A stretch of 64,000 nt of DNA from the NCBI GenBank assembly GCA_036785375.1, contig JAWMAR010000982.1, positions 186,001 through 250,000 on the forward strand, written 5' to 3'. Shown piece by piece: positions 37,093 through 50,478 of this stretch. The position numbers and the translations under genes are program-made. Every line of letters begins with the position of its first letter. Position 1 is the stretch's first letter. The DNA comes from Leucoraja ocellata. Its lineage: Eukaryota. Under the pieces are notes generated by a model. That model saw only the letters and a program-made list of their open reading frames with translations. It had not been told where the DNA came from and ran no database searches.

Positions 37093-38369
37093 ATTTAATT
37101 TTCTGAGTTTGACTCAAATGAGAAAGAATCCTGAACATTTTTTTTCAGTGATGTTCATAGAAGGTTAATATTTTAAATAATAAACTGCTACTGAGAAAGA
37201 AACACAGAGTTGTTTACAACTTCCAAATAGTTTGCTCATACGTGGTAAAATGTAGAGCTCAAGCAAACTGATGCAATCTAACATGTACACATTATGTCAT
37301 TCAAATTCATCACTATCTAACTTTAGAAGTATTAAGTCCCAGCACGTGTAAATTCATGAAACTAATGGATGTATATATTTTGGCTGGAATTACAGCTATT
37401 AGTCGTGATCATCAAACTGTTACAGGAATAAAAGTTAAATGCACTGTTGTCTTCCCAACGCACAAAATGTAAGTTGTCTGCTTTCTATGTTTTGACCATA
37501 TTTCTGACAGTATGCAGACAACCAATTACTTTTTCCATGCAACTTCATCAGTTTAGCTACAGCAGCAAATGTATACCTAGGTAATCTAATTCTGTCAGCG
37601 TAGGAAGGAATGCTTTCAAATTAAGCTTGATCAGTCTAGCAAAACTGTGTCCTCACTAGTGAAAATAAACTAATCCAGATTGATCTGAATCACTGCAGCA
37701 AATCCACACATACCAAAATGTTGATGGCAATTAGTTCTTATCAGAGAAAAAAGGTAGGTGGTCTGGTATTAAATCCTGGAGCAGCTGATTTGGATTACTG
37801 GAGAGAGTAACTGTAGTCCCTTACTGCTTCAGTACTTCGAAATAACATGCAACTACTGTAGGTAGTGTTTGATTTTAATTCTGATAGACTAACTTAACTA
37901 TGGTTTGTGAGTTACTAAACACTGTGTTAAATTTCTTGGTATTGCAGCCAAACCCGGCAGGGATCGTCAAAAACGTAATGACTTAATCGTATTAAAGTTC
38001 AAATTATTTTCCATCTTCAGTTGCGTTTCAGGTCGGATCTAGAGCAAAGTTCACTGCATCAGAACCCTGCTATAAAATATTTGACGATTGCCATAATGCC
38101 TCAATGGCAAAAAGATCAAATACACACAAAGTTACTTTTTTTAACTTCAAAAATGATGTGTAGTGACCACTGATTTTGCATCTTTAATATTTTTCTCTAT
38201 TTCCAGGCAATAACCCTACCTTTGCACGCTGTTTTAACTTTTACACTATAATACTCACTATTTCCAGTTTGAATAATGCAGCAGAAGATTTATTCCTGCA
38301 ACTAATGACAAAGACATTCTTCAGGTAACTACTTCCGTTTTCCATATGAATAGCTTATTTTAACTTTCA

Positions 38370-41058
38370 ATAGACAATAGACAATAGGTGCAGGAGCAGG
38401 CCATTCGGCCCTTCGAGCCAGCACCGCCATTCAATGTGATCATGGCTGATCATCCCCAATCAGTACCCCGTTCCTGACTTCTCCCCATGTCCCCTGACTC
38501 CGCTATTTTTAAGAGCCCTATCTAGCTCTCTCTTGAAAGCATCCAGAGAACCTGCCTCCACCGACAGACTCAACACTCTCTGTGAGAAAAAGTGTTTCCT
38601 CATCTCCGTTCCAAATGACTTACTCCTTATTCTTAAACTGTGGCCCCTGGTTCTGGACTCCCCCAACATCGGGAACATGTTTCCTGCCGCTAGTGTGTCC
38701 AAGCCCTTAACAATCTTATGTGTTTCAATGAGATATCCTCTCATCCTTCTAAACTCCAGAGTGTACACGCCCAGCTGCTCCATTCTCTCAGCATATGACA
38801 GTCCTGCCATCCTGGGAATTAACCTTGTAAACCTAGGCTGCACTCCCTCAATAGCAAGAACGTCCTTCCTCAAATTAAGGGACCAAAACAACACACAATA
38901 CTCCAGATGTGGTCTCACTAGGACTCAGTACAACTGCAGTACAACTCTTTGCTCTTAGATTCCTCTTGTTATAAAGGCCAACATGCCATTCACTTTCTTC
39001 ACTGCCTGCTGTACCTGCATGCTTACTTTCATAGACTGGTGTACAAGGACCCCCAGATCTCGCTGTACTTCCCTTTTTCCCAACTTGACACCATTCAGAT
39101 AATAATCTGCTTTCCTATTTTTGCCACCAAAGTGGATAACCTCACATTTATCCGCATTAAACTTCATCTACCATGCACCTGCCTACTTCTCCAACCTGCC
39201 CAAGTCACCCTGCATTCTCATAGAATCCTCCTCACGGTTCACTCTGCCGCCCAGCTTTGTGTCATCTGCAAATTTGCTAATGCTACTTTGAATCCCTTCA
39301 TCCAATTCATTGATGTATATTGTAAATAGCTGCAGTCCCAGCACCGAGCCTTGCGGTACCCCACTAGTCACTGCCTGCCATTCTGAAAGGGACCCGTTAA
39401 TCCCTACTCTTTGTTTCCTGTCTGCCAACCACTTCTCTATCCATGTCAGCACTCTACCCCCAATACCATGTGCCCTAAATTTGCCCACTAATCTCCTACG
39501 TGGGACCTTATCAAATGTTTTCTGAATGTCCAGGTACGCTACATCCACTGACTCTCCCTTGTCCATTTTACGAATTACTTCTTCAAAAAATTCCAGAAGA
39601 TTAGTCACGCTATCTCATCTTTTAAAATTGACTCCAGCATCTTCCCCACCACCGATGTCAGGCTAACTGGTCTATAATTCCCCGTTTTCTCTCTCCCGCC
39701 TTTCTTAAAAAGTGGGATAACATTAGCTACCCTCCAATCCACAGGAACTGATCCTGAGTACATTGTATAGTACATTGGAAAATTATCACCAATGCATCCA
39801 TGATTTCTAGAGCCACTTCCTTATGCCCCTGTCCCACTTAGGAAACCTGAACGGAAACTTCTGGAGACTTTGCGCCCCACCCAAGGTTTCCGTGCGGTTC
39901 CCTGAGGTTGCAGGTGGTTGCCGGAGGTTGCAGGTAGTGGAAGCAGGTAGGGAGACTGACAAAAACCTCCAGGAACAGCACGGAAACCTTGGGTGGAGCG
40001 CAAAGTCTCCAGAGGTTTCCATTCAGGTTTCCTAAGTGGGACAGGGGCATTAAGTACCCTGGGATGCAGACCATCAGGCCCTGGGGATTTATCAGCCTTC
40101 AGTCCCATCAGTTTATCCAACACCATTTCCTGCCTAATGTGGATTTCCTTCAGTTCCTCTGTCACCCCAGATCCTCTGGCCACTAGTACATCAGGAAGAT
40201 TCTTTGTATCCTCCTTAGTGAAGACAGATCCAAAGTACCTGTTCAACTCATCTGCCATTTCCTTGTTCCCCATAATAAATTCACCTTTTTCGGTCTTCAA
40301 GGGTCCAACTTTGGTCTTAACTATTTTTTTCCTATTCACATACTTAAAGAAGCTTTTACTATCCTGCTTTATATTCTTGGCTAGCTTACCTTCGTACCTC
40401 AACTTTTCTCCCCGTATTGTCTTTTTGGTTATCTTCTGTTGTTCTTTAAACATTACCCAATCCTCTTGCTTCACGCTTAACTTTGCTACGTTGCACTTCT
40501 TCGCTTTAATACTGTCCCTGACTTCCCCTGTCAGCCATGGTCGTCCCTTTCTTCCCTGGGAATCTTTCTTCCTCCTAGGAATTAACTGATCCTGCACCTT
40601 CTGCATTATTCCTAGAAACACCTGCCATTTTTGTTCCACTGTCATCCCTGCTAGTGTATCTTTCCAGTCAACTTTGGCCAGCTCCTCCCTCATGGCCCCA
40701 TAGTCCCCTTTATTCAACTGCAACACTGACACCTCCGATCTACTCTGCTCCCTCTCCAATTGTAGATTAAACCTGACTATGTTATGGTCACTGCCTACTT
40801 ATGGCTCATTAACCTCGAGGTCCTTTATCAAATCCGGTTCATTACATAACACTAATTCCAGAAATGCCTTCTCGCTGGTAGGCTCCAATACAAACTGTTC
40901 AAAGAATCCATCACAAAGGCACTCTACCAAGTCTTAGGGTCCAGTACCAACCTGATTTTCCCAGTCTACCTGCATGTTGAAATCTCCCATAACAACCACA
41001 GCATTACTTTTACTACATGCCAATTTTAACTCCTGTTTCAACTTGCGCCCTATGTCAC
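38370..41058 (-). mobile_element. CR1 LINE ORF2, decayed with internal deletions
   Basis: ORFs 40934-41218 (VVMGDFN), 39821-40759 (KSPGPDGLHPRVL), 39183-39608 (SGVPQGSVLG, KFADDTK) and 38460-38918. Tail (ctattgt)n. Confidence 0.95.
39824..40049. mobile_element. PIF/Harbinger-type palindromic MITE inserted in CR1
   Basis: TIR tgcccctgtcccacttaggaaacctgaa, with long near-perfect inverted arms. TTA TSD at 39821-39823 and 40050-40052. Confidence 0.85.
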
Positions 41059-41107
41059 TAATGTTCACTAATTTTCTACATGGACCTTGCTGATGGGATT
41101 GGGAAAA

Positions 41108-41200
41108 GCAGAAGGGTCTCAACCCGAAACGTCGCCTACTTCCTTTGCTCCATAGATGCTGCCTCATCTGCTGAGTTTCTCCAGCATTTTTGTCAACCTT
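41108..41200 (+). mobile_element. Penelope-derived short repeat
   Basis: gaagggtctcaacccgaaacgtcgcctacttcctttgctccatagatgctgcctc. Confidence 0.7.
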
Positions 41201-42104
41201 TCCAAATCTACATATCATCTGAGTGTACAGCAGTCAAATTATCTCAAAGTTTACTTGCTAAATCTTCAGTCACATCATCTTATTTTCCATATCTGACTAA
41301 TAGCTTCTGTGCATGAACAAAGATGCGACCAAGATTTGATTTTGTTATAGCGCAACTTAGTTAAACAGTCAGCAATTGAATAATTATTCAAATCTGTCAG
41401 CAGGTACTATTTGTCAAGTTACACTATTATCTGTGACATTATTAAAAGTAACTGGATAAAATTTTAATATCTGCAGAACATGGATCGGTTTCATCGTTCT
41501 TTGTGATCCCAGGAATTGGTAATTCTTAGAAAACCAGCAGAGCTTCACAGACAAACCTATGGAACCAGACCACAACAAAAAATAGTGCCTTCTCAGGCAA
41601 TGTTGCAAAATGTGGAAACATATGAAAATGACCATCAGTTCAAAAAAAAGTTTAGAGATTTTTTTTTAAAACAGCAGGATATCATCTGGTAATCACAATG
41701 GACAAACACCATATAATCATACAAATTCAAATATAATTGATAGCTCACTACAAATGAAACTTGATACATCAAACAATCATACACAAACTTAACTCTGATC
41801 CATTTGTGCTTTGCCTGAGCTACACAAATAGGTCTCTTTTATCCCCCCTCTAAATCTAAGTAATTAACTACCCAAGTGCTCTCTACATTAGTTTTGTTAA
41901 ACATTCAAATGTTTAGATTTAAAATCTCCAATTTGAATTATGAATTAATGCAAGAAATCCAATCTTACCACTGAACCTCAGAATTGGATATTTCCTTCTA
42001 TTAAACATCCCATGACAAAAACTACAGTCCTTCTTCAGCTCACTGCAGATTACATATATACCACATACAATAGTGATATTAAAACACCACAAAATCAGAG
42101 CAGA

Positions 42105-42300
42105 AAAAAAGTGCTGGAGGGACTTAGCAGACCAGGTGTGAAGGGAAATGGATGGATGACGTTTTGCGTTGGGACACTTCAGACTGAATTCCCACAATAT
42201 CGCCTCTCATCACCCCTCCACAGATGCTGCCTGACCTGCTGAGTTCCCCCAGCACTTTGTTTTTGCTCAAGATTCCAGCATCTGAGGTTTCTTGTGTCTC
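42105..42300. mobile_element. Older Penelope-derived fold-back repeat
   Basis: aaagtgctggagggacttagcag..gacgttttgcg..cttcagactga..ctgctgagttccccagcacttt. Confidence 0.6.
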
Positions 42301-42789
42301 TATAAATTCAGAAATCATTTGGCACTCAAGCCTTAGCATAACACATTACTAATTGCAACACATCCTCATATTTTATTTGAGAAAGCAAATCAAATTTACA
42401 ATTCAAAATTTTTTGCAATATAGTAGGATGTACATTGTACGGAAATCCACTAGCCTTCTTTCACATCTTTAGAAAAAAAATGCATTTGCTTCCTCCTAAT
42501 TATTTTAAGTTGTTGCAAATGCACTTTATTACAATTTAATTAATCCCAGAACCATCTTCATTCTACTGATCGTAATGTTCTGTTCTCCGCACTTGTTACC
42601 CCATGAAAACTTTCATTGCAATTTTAGAGCCGTTCCCAATTCCTCCATTCATAGTAAATCTCTTGTAAAGATCGTCTGTGCACATGATCACTTTCTTTTC
42701 TGGCTTCTACTATATATTTGTCTCTGGAGAAAAAAGGTCTTGCACTCACATTATTAAGAATGATGTTCCCACAAATATTGATATTGGCG

Positions 42790-43385
42790 TATTGAGGTAC
42801 TTTGTAAAGGTTTTTGTTTGCACGCTATCTGGGCAAATCAAATCATACTATGCTTGAGTAAAATCAAGCTGTACGCTAGTACAACATAGAGCAAAGAGTG
42901 CAGAATATAGTTTATAGCATTGTAGCATCACACAGACAGAAAAAAGCAATTGATCACGATGTGGTGGATTGGAAGATCGACACTGCACCCTAGTTTATGG
43001 GAAGACCATTTTGTAGTCTGATAAAAGAGAAGAAGCTGATCTTGAATCCAGTGGTACGCGCTTTCAAGCTTTTGTATCTTCTGCCAGATGGGTGGGGGCA
43101 GAAGAGAAAATGACCAGGGTGAAAAAGGTTCTCAATTATGTTGGTTGCTTTCCCAAGGCAGTGTGAAGTGTGGATGAAGTAGATGGTGGGAAGGCTGGTC
43201 CGAATGACGGACTGGGTGACATTCGCAACTCTATGAAGTTATTTTTCCCAAGCTATGATGTGACCTGATATTATGTTTTCTAAAGCGGATCTATAGGAGT
43301 TGGTAAGAGTTGGTACAACACGCCGGACTTTCTTGATCTGCCGAGGAACTAGATGGATTTGTGTGCCTTTTTGGCCGTAACTTCA
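42790..43385 (-). mobile_element. Old Rex1-type LINE 3' fragment
   Basis: agaagctgatcttgaatccagtggtacgcgctttcaagcttttgtatcttctgccagatggg (reverse complement PSGRRYKSLKARTTGFKISF). Confidence 0.7.
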
Positions 43386-43424
43386 ATTAAGCCCACACGT
43401 CCTGTCAGGCACTCAAGCTAAAAT

Positions 43425-43955
43425 CTTACATTTTACTGCATTAAATTCCATCAACCATTCCTCAGCCCACAGCCAATTGATCAAGATCCTGCTGCAATTT
43501 TTCACAACCATCTTCACTATCTGCAAAATCACCCACTTTTGTATCATCTGCAAACTTGCTAATCTTACCGTGGATGTTTTCATCCAAATCATTGATTTAT
43601 ATGACAATACAGTAACGGGCCCAGCACTGATCCCTGAGGCACACCACTAGTCACAGGTCTGCAGTCTGAGAAGCAACCTTCCACCATCACCCTCTGCTTC
43701 CTTCCATGAGGCCAATTTGCTATCCATTCAGCTATCTCTCCTTGGACCCCATGCGATCTAACCTTCCAGAGCAGCCTACCATGAGGAACCTTGTTAAATG
43801 CTTTAATGAAGTCCATGTACACAACATCTACAGCTCTGCCCTCATCGACCTTTATGGTCACGTCTTCAAAAAACTCAATCAGATTTGTGAGACACGACCT
43901 CCCACGTACATAACCATGCTGACTCTCCCCAATTTGCCATTATCCATCTATATTT
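43425..43955 (-). mobile_element. CR1 RT internal fragment
   Basis: ORF 43589-43861 (VVYMDFIKAFNKVPHG..SGVPQGSVLGP); same subfamily as 22136-24041. Confidence 0.9.
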
Positions 43956-46495
43956 TAGATTAACCTCCGTGCAGTTAGTTTCACAGTGATACAAAGACAA
44001 CAAATTGTATAAATTCAGGAAAATACTAATCAATAATCAGAAGATAGATTTTTAAGTATTTCAGTGTTACATTGCAATCTATCTGAATTCTGCCAATAGA
44101 TCTTTTCTAACAGAAACACAATTACATGCAAGGCACCAAATACATTAGAGCAAGTCAGTGTGCTGTTTTGCTGGTTTAAATACTAAAATCACTAATTTAC
44201 ACAAGCTTTGTTCCTTTTATCAAATAGCTGAAAATATCCTGATTAAATCACTGTTTGAAACATGAAACCAAGTCTTTTCTTAGAGAGGACAATATTTGCA
44301 AAGGGGGAAACTTGATTATTTTAGATCTTTGTTCGCTGTAAAAGCTCAAAAGAAATTCTAGACTAATTTGTGCTAATCTCCTTTATTTTCAGTGTGTTGA
44401 ACAATTTTATGTAAGGAGCAATTGCTTAAACAGTTGTCATATGCTTATCCTTGGCAAAAGAGAGTGGGGTCCAAGTCTAAATGACAGTGAATGACTTTCA
44501 TAAAATTTCCCTCATCTTCAAAGAAAAGCTAATGCAACCTCTTGGAGGTGCCATCAAATTGACAAATGGGTGCTGTGAAATCCCGTGCCTCGCACTGAAA
44601 TCTGACCCCTAATTTATACAAAATCATCCTGTAAGGAATGTTTAACTCCAGAGTAGAGTTCAGACTGATCTATATTAGCAACATAATACATTCATTATGT
44701 ATTTCTGCTTTATTTAAAAATGAAAAATATGGGGTAAAAAATAATAATTTATCCTGGTTCTATTTGCCAAACCAGTAATAAAAATATGTCCAATGCGAAG
44801 AGATTTATGGTTTCAGGGTCATTAATTAGTTACAGGCCATTAACATGATACAAAAATGTAGTGAAGCCAGAATTCCTTTATTAGTAGTGATGGATTGGAG
44901 CAAGTTCAGATTTATAGGTCTCTTAGAATGGAGCGATCAAGCAAAATTATTATATTTTCTCTTTATTCAATGTCCACTGTAACCCCAAGTTCTTTTCTAA
45001 TATTAATTCTGTTAATTTAAGAGCTTTCATTCTATTGATCTTTGTGATAAGGTTCTCCTTGAAATATTATCCTTTGGCCGCCCTGATCCCTTCCATTCTC
45101 TCTCCTTCATGCGTCTTTGATGGTGATGGTCTTGAGGTTAAAAGTTTTAAAAGCAAAATAAAATCTTTCGAATACAGCGCAATTAAACCTCCAAATCAAC
45201 TTGCTGTTGGCAAGTCTGAGGTTAAAATAACATTGCCATCAAGAATTTGTTTCCAAGCATAGGATCAATGCTAATTGTGGGCTTTGTTCGCAAGTTCACG
45301 TAACTCTGTGCTCAATGACTTTTAGAAAATTGGAGTTTCATTCAGCCTTTCAACATATTGATGTGACTCAAGGCTGCCAGATAAATTCAAATAAAATAAC
45401 TTCCCCCAGTAATGCACAAATTTAACACTGCTCGAATAGACTTGCATTGGAATAAGCGAGTGCGATAACAGTGTCAACACAAAAAATTGTGAAATGCTCT
45501 CTATTTATGTTTTCCATTGGAAAATATTTCTGGCACGACATGTAATTATTGAACATTATTCATTGTATCTTTGAAATAAAATAGATGGACTTTCAAATAA
45601 TCTTTAATAACAGTTGACTGGATTATTAGTTCCATTCAACATGAGAACATTTGGAGTTCTCAAAGCCAACACAATTGGGGAGGGTGGGGTGGGGGGGGGG
45701 GGGGGGGGGGTGGGGGGACGACTCATCAACCAATACTCAATAGCTTGCTGAATGTCAGAATTAAGAGTTGGAGACCCAGTCACAAGTCGCAAGAACCACC
45801 TGGAGTCTGGTTCAATTTCTCTACCCTCTATTTGAGAGGTTGGAATGCCACTTGTAAACTAAAGACTCAATCCCAGATGAAGTAATAACCTTATTATGTT
45901 AAGGTGCACCTCCAACATTCAAACAAGGTTTTAATTTACACAGTAGATATTCTCTTCCAGCTTAACAGTTTAAAAAAAAAATCTGAAATCCTCTCATTGC
46001 AATCTAATTGTACCTTTTCTTACGAATATAAACAAATAATGCTGAAAATACACAGGAGGTCTGTCAACATTTGAAAAGGAAAAAGCGGTTGGACATTTCA
46101 GACAGAAAGCCTTTGTCAGATCTGATTGAACACCGACAGGAGGACCCCTTTGTAAGGCTAACGAAAACAAAGGAAGGGGGTGTTGCAGCCAGAACAGCAG
46201 GAAAAGGTCCACAGTACAAATATACTAACTTCATAAGGTTTAGCTGATCACAGCCAGAGCAGAAGTAAGAGTACATTTGTCTCGGCACTAGAACACAAGG
46301 AAAGGAAAATAATTAATAAAAGGTTTTCAATCCTAAACAACTTTAACCAAAGTTTTCATTTTAAAAATAATTCTTTGGACATGGGCCCCAGTAGTGCTTT
46401 CTCTCTGAAATATCTAAAATTTTTTTTTTTTCAAAAGTTGACAAATCGCTGAGTTTTTTCAGAAGGTCTGTTCAAGGACAAAATAAATTGTAACA

Positions 46496-46958
46496 GGGGC
46501 AACATGTTGGCGCAGCTAATTGAACTGCTGCCTCACATCCTCGAGCAATCCAAGTTCAATCCTGACCTCCGATGCTCTGTATGGAGTTGGCATGTTTTTT
46601 TCTGTGACTAGATGATTTTCCTCCCACATCCCAGACACGTGGGTTGGTAGGTTAAATGAGCAATTTAAATTAACCCTAGTGAATGTAGAATCTGGGGCAC
46701 TCTCGGACAACACGGTGGCTAAGCAGTAAATTTGCTGCCTTACAGAGCCAGAGTGCTGGGTTCGATCATGACTACGGGTGCTGTCCCCGGGAGCTCGTTT
46801 CCTCCTACACTCCAAAGATGTATAGGCTTGTAGGCTAATTGACTTGCTAAAATTGTAAATTGCCCGTAGTGTGTGTAGGATAGTGTTAATGTAGAGGGAT
46901 TGCTGGTCGGCACAGACTCAGTGGGGCGAAAGCCTGGCTCTGCGCTGTATCTCCCTAC
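46496..46958 (+). mobile_element. Two tandem HE1/V-SINE copies (older 46496-46685, younger 46705-46958)
   Basis: Two tRNA-like heads (caagttcaatcc, gggttcgatca), each followed by a V-domain ttcctcc.aca..cc.a.agac. Confidence 0.75.
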
Positions 46959-47477
46959 CTGAACAAAATGCTAGGGACAACATCCTGGTGAATATCCTCT
47001 TCATTTTCTCCACCACAATTGCATCTTTGTATAGTGTGACCATCAGAACTGCGTACAATACTTCAGATGTGGCCTATCCAATGTTTTGTAACAACACGTC
47101 ACAGCTCTTAAGATTTTATACCATTGCCAAAAAATACTTAGAGAGACAGGACAGAAATGCCCTACAGTAACGGCAGGAGCCACGTTAGCACTGGTGCCAG
47201 TTCTCCATTGTGCAAGATAACACAAGCTGTCGTTGCAGGGGATTTGCACCAGCACTTCAATGGGGCAAGCTAGAAAACAAGACAAATGGAAATACTTGAT
47301 GCATTACTAAACTGATGTTCAATGCTGTAACTTCCATTGCCATGTAAGCAGTTAAGGTGATTCACTAGAAGCTTGCTTACACTTTTGTCATTGATGTGTG
47401 CGAAGGAGTTTGCCTGGTGTCGCAGCAATTCAGAATTGGTCTTACAATAGTATTGCTAAGGCATCATCCACGTGGAC

Positions 47478-48038
47478 AGTTTGCGTACAGTTTTGGTCTC
47501 CTAATCTGAGGAAATACATTGTTGCCATAGAGGGAGTACAGAGAAGGTTCACCAGACTGATTCCTGGGATGGTAGGACTTTCATATGAAGAAAGACTGGA
47601 TAGACTCGGCTTGTACTCGCTAGAATTTAGAACATTGAGGGGGGGTCTTATAGAAACTTACAAAATTCTTAAGGGGTTGGACAGGCTAGATGCAGGAAGA
47701 CTATTCCCGATGTTGGGGAAGTCCAGAACTAGGGGTCACAGTTTAAGGATAAGAGGGAAGTCTTTTAGGACCGAGATGAGAAAATCATTTTTTACACAGA
47801 GAGTGGTGAATCTGTGGAATTCTCTGCCACAGAATGTAGTTGAGGCCAGTTCATTGGCTAGATTTAAGAGGGAGTTAGATATGGGCCTTGTGGCTAAAGG
47901 GATCAGGGGGTATGGAGAGAAGGCAGGGATGGGATACTGAGTTGGATGATCAGCCATGATCATATTGAATGGCGGTGCAGGCTCGAAGGGCCGAATGGCC
48001 TACTCCTGCACCTATTTTCTATGTTTCTATGTTTCTAT
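47478..48038 (+). mobile_element. CR1 3' fragment
   Basis: CVQFWSPNLRK..RTRGHSLRI..WNSLP..GYGEKAG; tail (ttctatgt)n. Confidence 0.92.
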
Positions 48039-48167
48039 GAGAAATTGTGTTCTATGGAGCATGTATACATAGTTCTCAAGCTATTGTCCAGCTCCTGCAC
48101 ACTCATCTCCACCTTTGGTCTTTGGCTGCTGTCCATGCCAAATGAGGCCCAGGTGAAGTGGGAAGTT

Positions 48168-48273
48168 CTTCAGTCTGAAGAAGGGTCTCGACCCGAAACA
48201 TCACCCATTCCTTCTATCAAGAGATGCTGCCTGTCCCGCTGAGTTACTCCAGCATTTTGGGTCCATCTTCGGC
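48168..48273 (+). mobile_element. Penelope-derived repeat with hammerhead motif (48171-48206)
   Basis: cagtCTGAAGAaGGGTctcgACCCGAAAcATCaccc. Confidence 0.7.
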
Positions 48274-48274
48274 T

Positions 48275-49840
48275 CAGATGGAGTTCCTGGCCATGTCCTT
48301 CGTAGCTGCATGGACCAGCTAGCGGGAGTATTCACGGACATCTTTAATCACTCCCTATTCCGTTCTGAGGTACCCACCTGCTTCAGGAAGACCACCATAA
48401 TCCCTGTGTCGAAGAAAAGCAAGATCTCATGCCTAAACGACTATCGTCTAGTGGCCTTGACATCCACCACCATGAAATGATTTGAGAGGCTAGTTATGGA
48501 GCACATTAAATCCAGACTACCAAGCAGCCCTAACCCACTGCAGTTTGTCTACCACCACAGGTCCACGGACGATGCCATCGCCCTCGCCATACGCTCAATC
48601 CTGGAATGCCGAGAGAAGAGAGACACCTACGTCAGACTCCTATTCATAGACTACAGCCCTTTAACACCATTATCCAATCCACGCTCATCACCAAACTCAC
48701 CGGACCTGGTCAGCACTCATCTCTGCAACTGGATCCTTGACTTCCTGGCCAACAGACCCTAATCAGTGAGGATAGGGGACAAATCATTCTCTACGATAAC
48801 CCTCATCTCTGGAGGTCCGCAAGGTCAGCCCCCTTCTTTACTTCTTGTACACCCACGACAGTATAGCCATGTACAAACTTAATGCAATTTACAAATTCGC
48901 AGACGGCACCACCATTGTGGGACGGATATCAAATAATGAAGAGACGGAGTACAGGAAAGAGATTGAGAACCTTGTGTCCTCGTGTCGAGACAACAATCTT
49001 TCTCTCAATGATAGCAAGAAAAAGGAGATAGTGATCGACTTCAGGAAGTGAAGCAGTACACATACCCCAGTTTGCATTGATGGCGCAAAAAGTTGAGACG
49101 TTGAAAGCTTCAAATTCCCTCGGAGTAAATGTCACCAACAACTTCTCCTGGACCATCCATTTATTCACTCACTTATTCATTCATTCATATTGAAGCAATG
49201 GCCAAGAGAGCACATCAACGCCTCTACTTCCTTGGCAGGCTTAGGAAGTTCGGCATGTCCCCAACATCTCTCACCAACTTCTATAGATGTGCATAAAAAG
49301 CATTTTATCGGGTTGCATCGCAGCATGGTTTGGGGACAGCTCCATCTAAGTCTGCAAGAAATTGCAAAGAATCATGGACGCAGCCCAGACCATCACACAA
49401 ACCAACCTTCCTTCAATTGACTCCATTTCTAGCTCACGCAGACTCAGCAAGGCCAGCAGGATAATCACAGACAAGTCACAGCCTGGCCACTCCCTCTTTT
49501 CCCCTCTCCCATCAGGTAAAAGGTACAGAAGTGTGTAAACGCACACCTCCGGATTCAGGGACAGTTTCTTCCCAGCTATTGTTAGGCAACTGAACCATCC
49601 CACCACTACTGGAGAGCTGTCCTGAACTACTATCTACTTCATTGGAGACCCTCAGGCTATCTTTGATCGGACTTTACTGTAATTTATCAAGCATCAAACA
49701 TTGTTCACTTTATTCCCTTTATCATGTATCTGCACATTGTGGATGTCACGATTGTAATCATGTTTTGTCTTTCTGCTGACTGGTTAGCATGCATCAAAAG
49801 CTTTTCACTGTACTTCGTGACGATAAACTAAACTCAACTA
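48275..49840 (+). mobile_element. Rex1/Babar LINE, RT to 3' UTR, decayed
   Basis: [77 protein letters not shown], and tail gacgataaactaaactc. Confidence 0.9.
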
Positions 49841-50380
49841 ACTTACAGGTATCACAGTTAGAGAAGTCATTCATTGACCGCATGAACAAGCAAGAGATCA
49901 TTGAGATGGTTTTGTCTCTTCCTCCTGTTCCTAAACTGCAGTTAGTTGTCAGATAGCTAATGGCAAGGCTGAGTAGCATACAATATGTGATTATAATTCT
50001 TAATAATGGCTCTGCCAAGTATAGTGGAACTTTTCCACAGTGATCCAGGTAACAAAAATACTATTTAACTGCATCACCATTTGCTCCATAACAAAACATG
50101 TGACCACATGGCTTTTATTGGATGGATGCAGCCCACAAGAAAGCATGAGCTATGCACTCAAGTCATGTGCCATGCGGTCAGTGAACATTTCTGGCTGACC
50201 AGTAGCCAACTTTTGTTTGCCTTCCCTCCCTAAAGGTAGTCTGCAAGAGGAGCAGGCAATGACCAGCAAACTTCACTACCTATTGTCACACAATATATAA
50301 TATTCAATGAGTGATATTCCTTTCTGGTTATTTGTCTCTCAGAGTTGGAACTTCCTGAACTCAAGACAAAGTTTATTAAA

Positions 50381-50478
50381 GAAGATAGACACAAAAAACT
50401 GGAGTAACTCAGCGGGACAGACAGTATCTCTGGAGAGAAGGAATAGGTGACGTTTCAGGTCGTGACCCTTCTTCAGAT
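50381..50478 (-). mobile_element. Penelope-derived short repeat with hammerhead-like core
   Basis: ggtgacgtttcaggtcgtgacccttcttcaga. Confidence 0.7.

Noticed and set aside
45675-45717. Functional G-quadruplex in poly-G tract
   Set aside because: Simple homopolymer tract like several others in the window. No evidence of function, and its length may be an assembly artefact.
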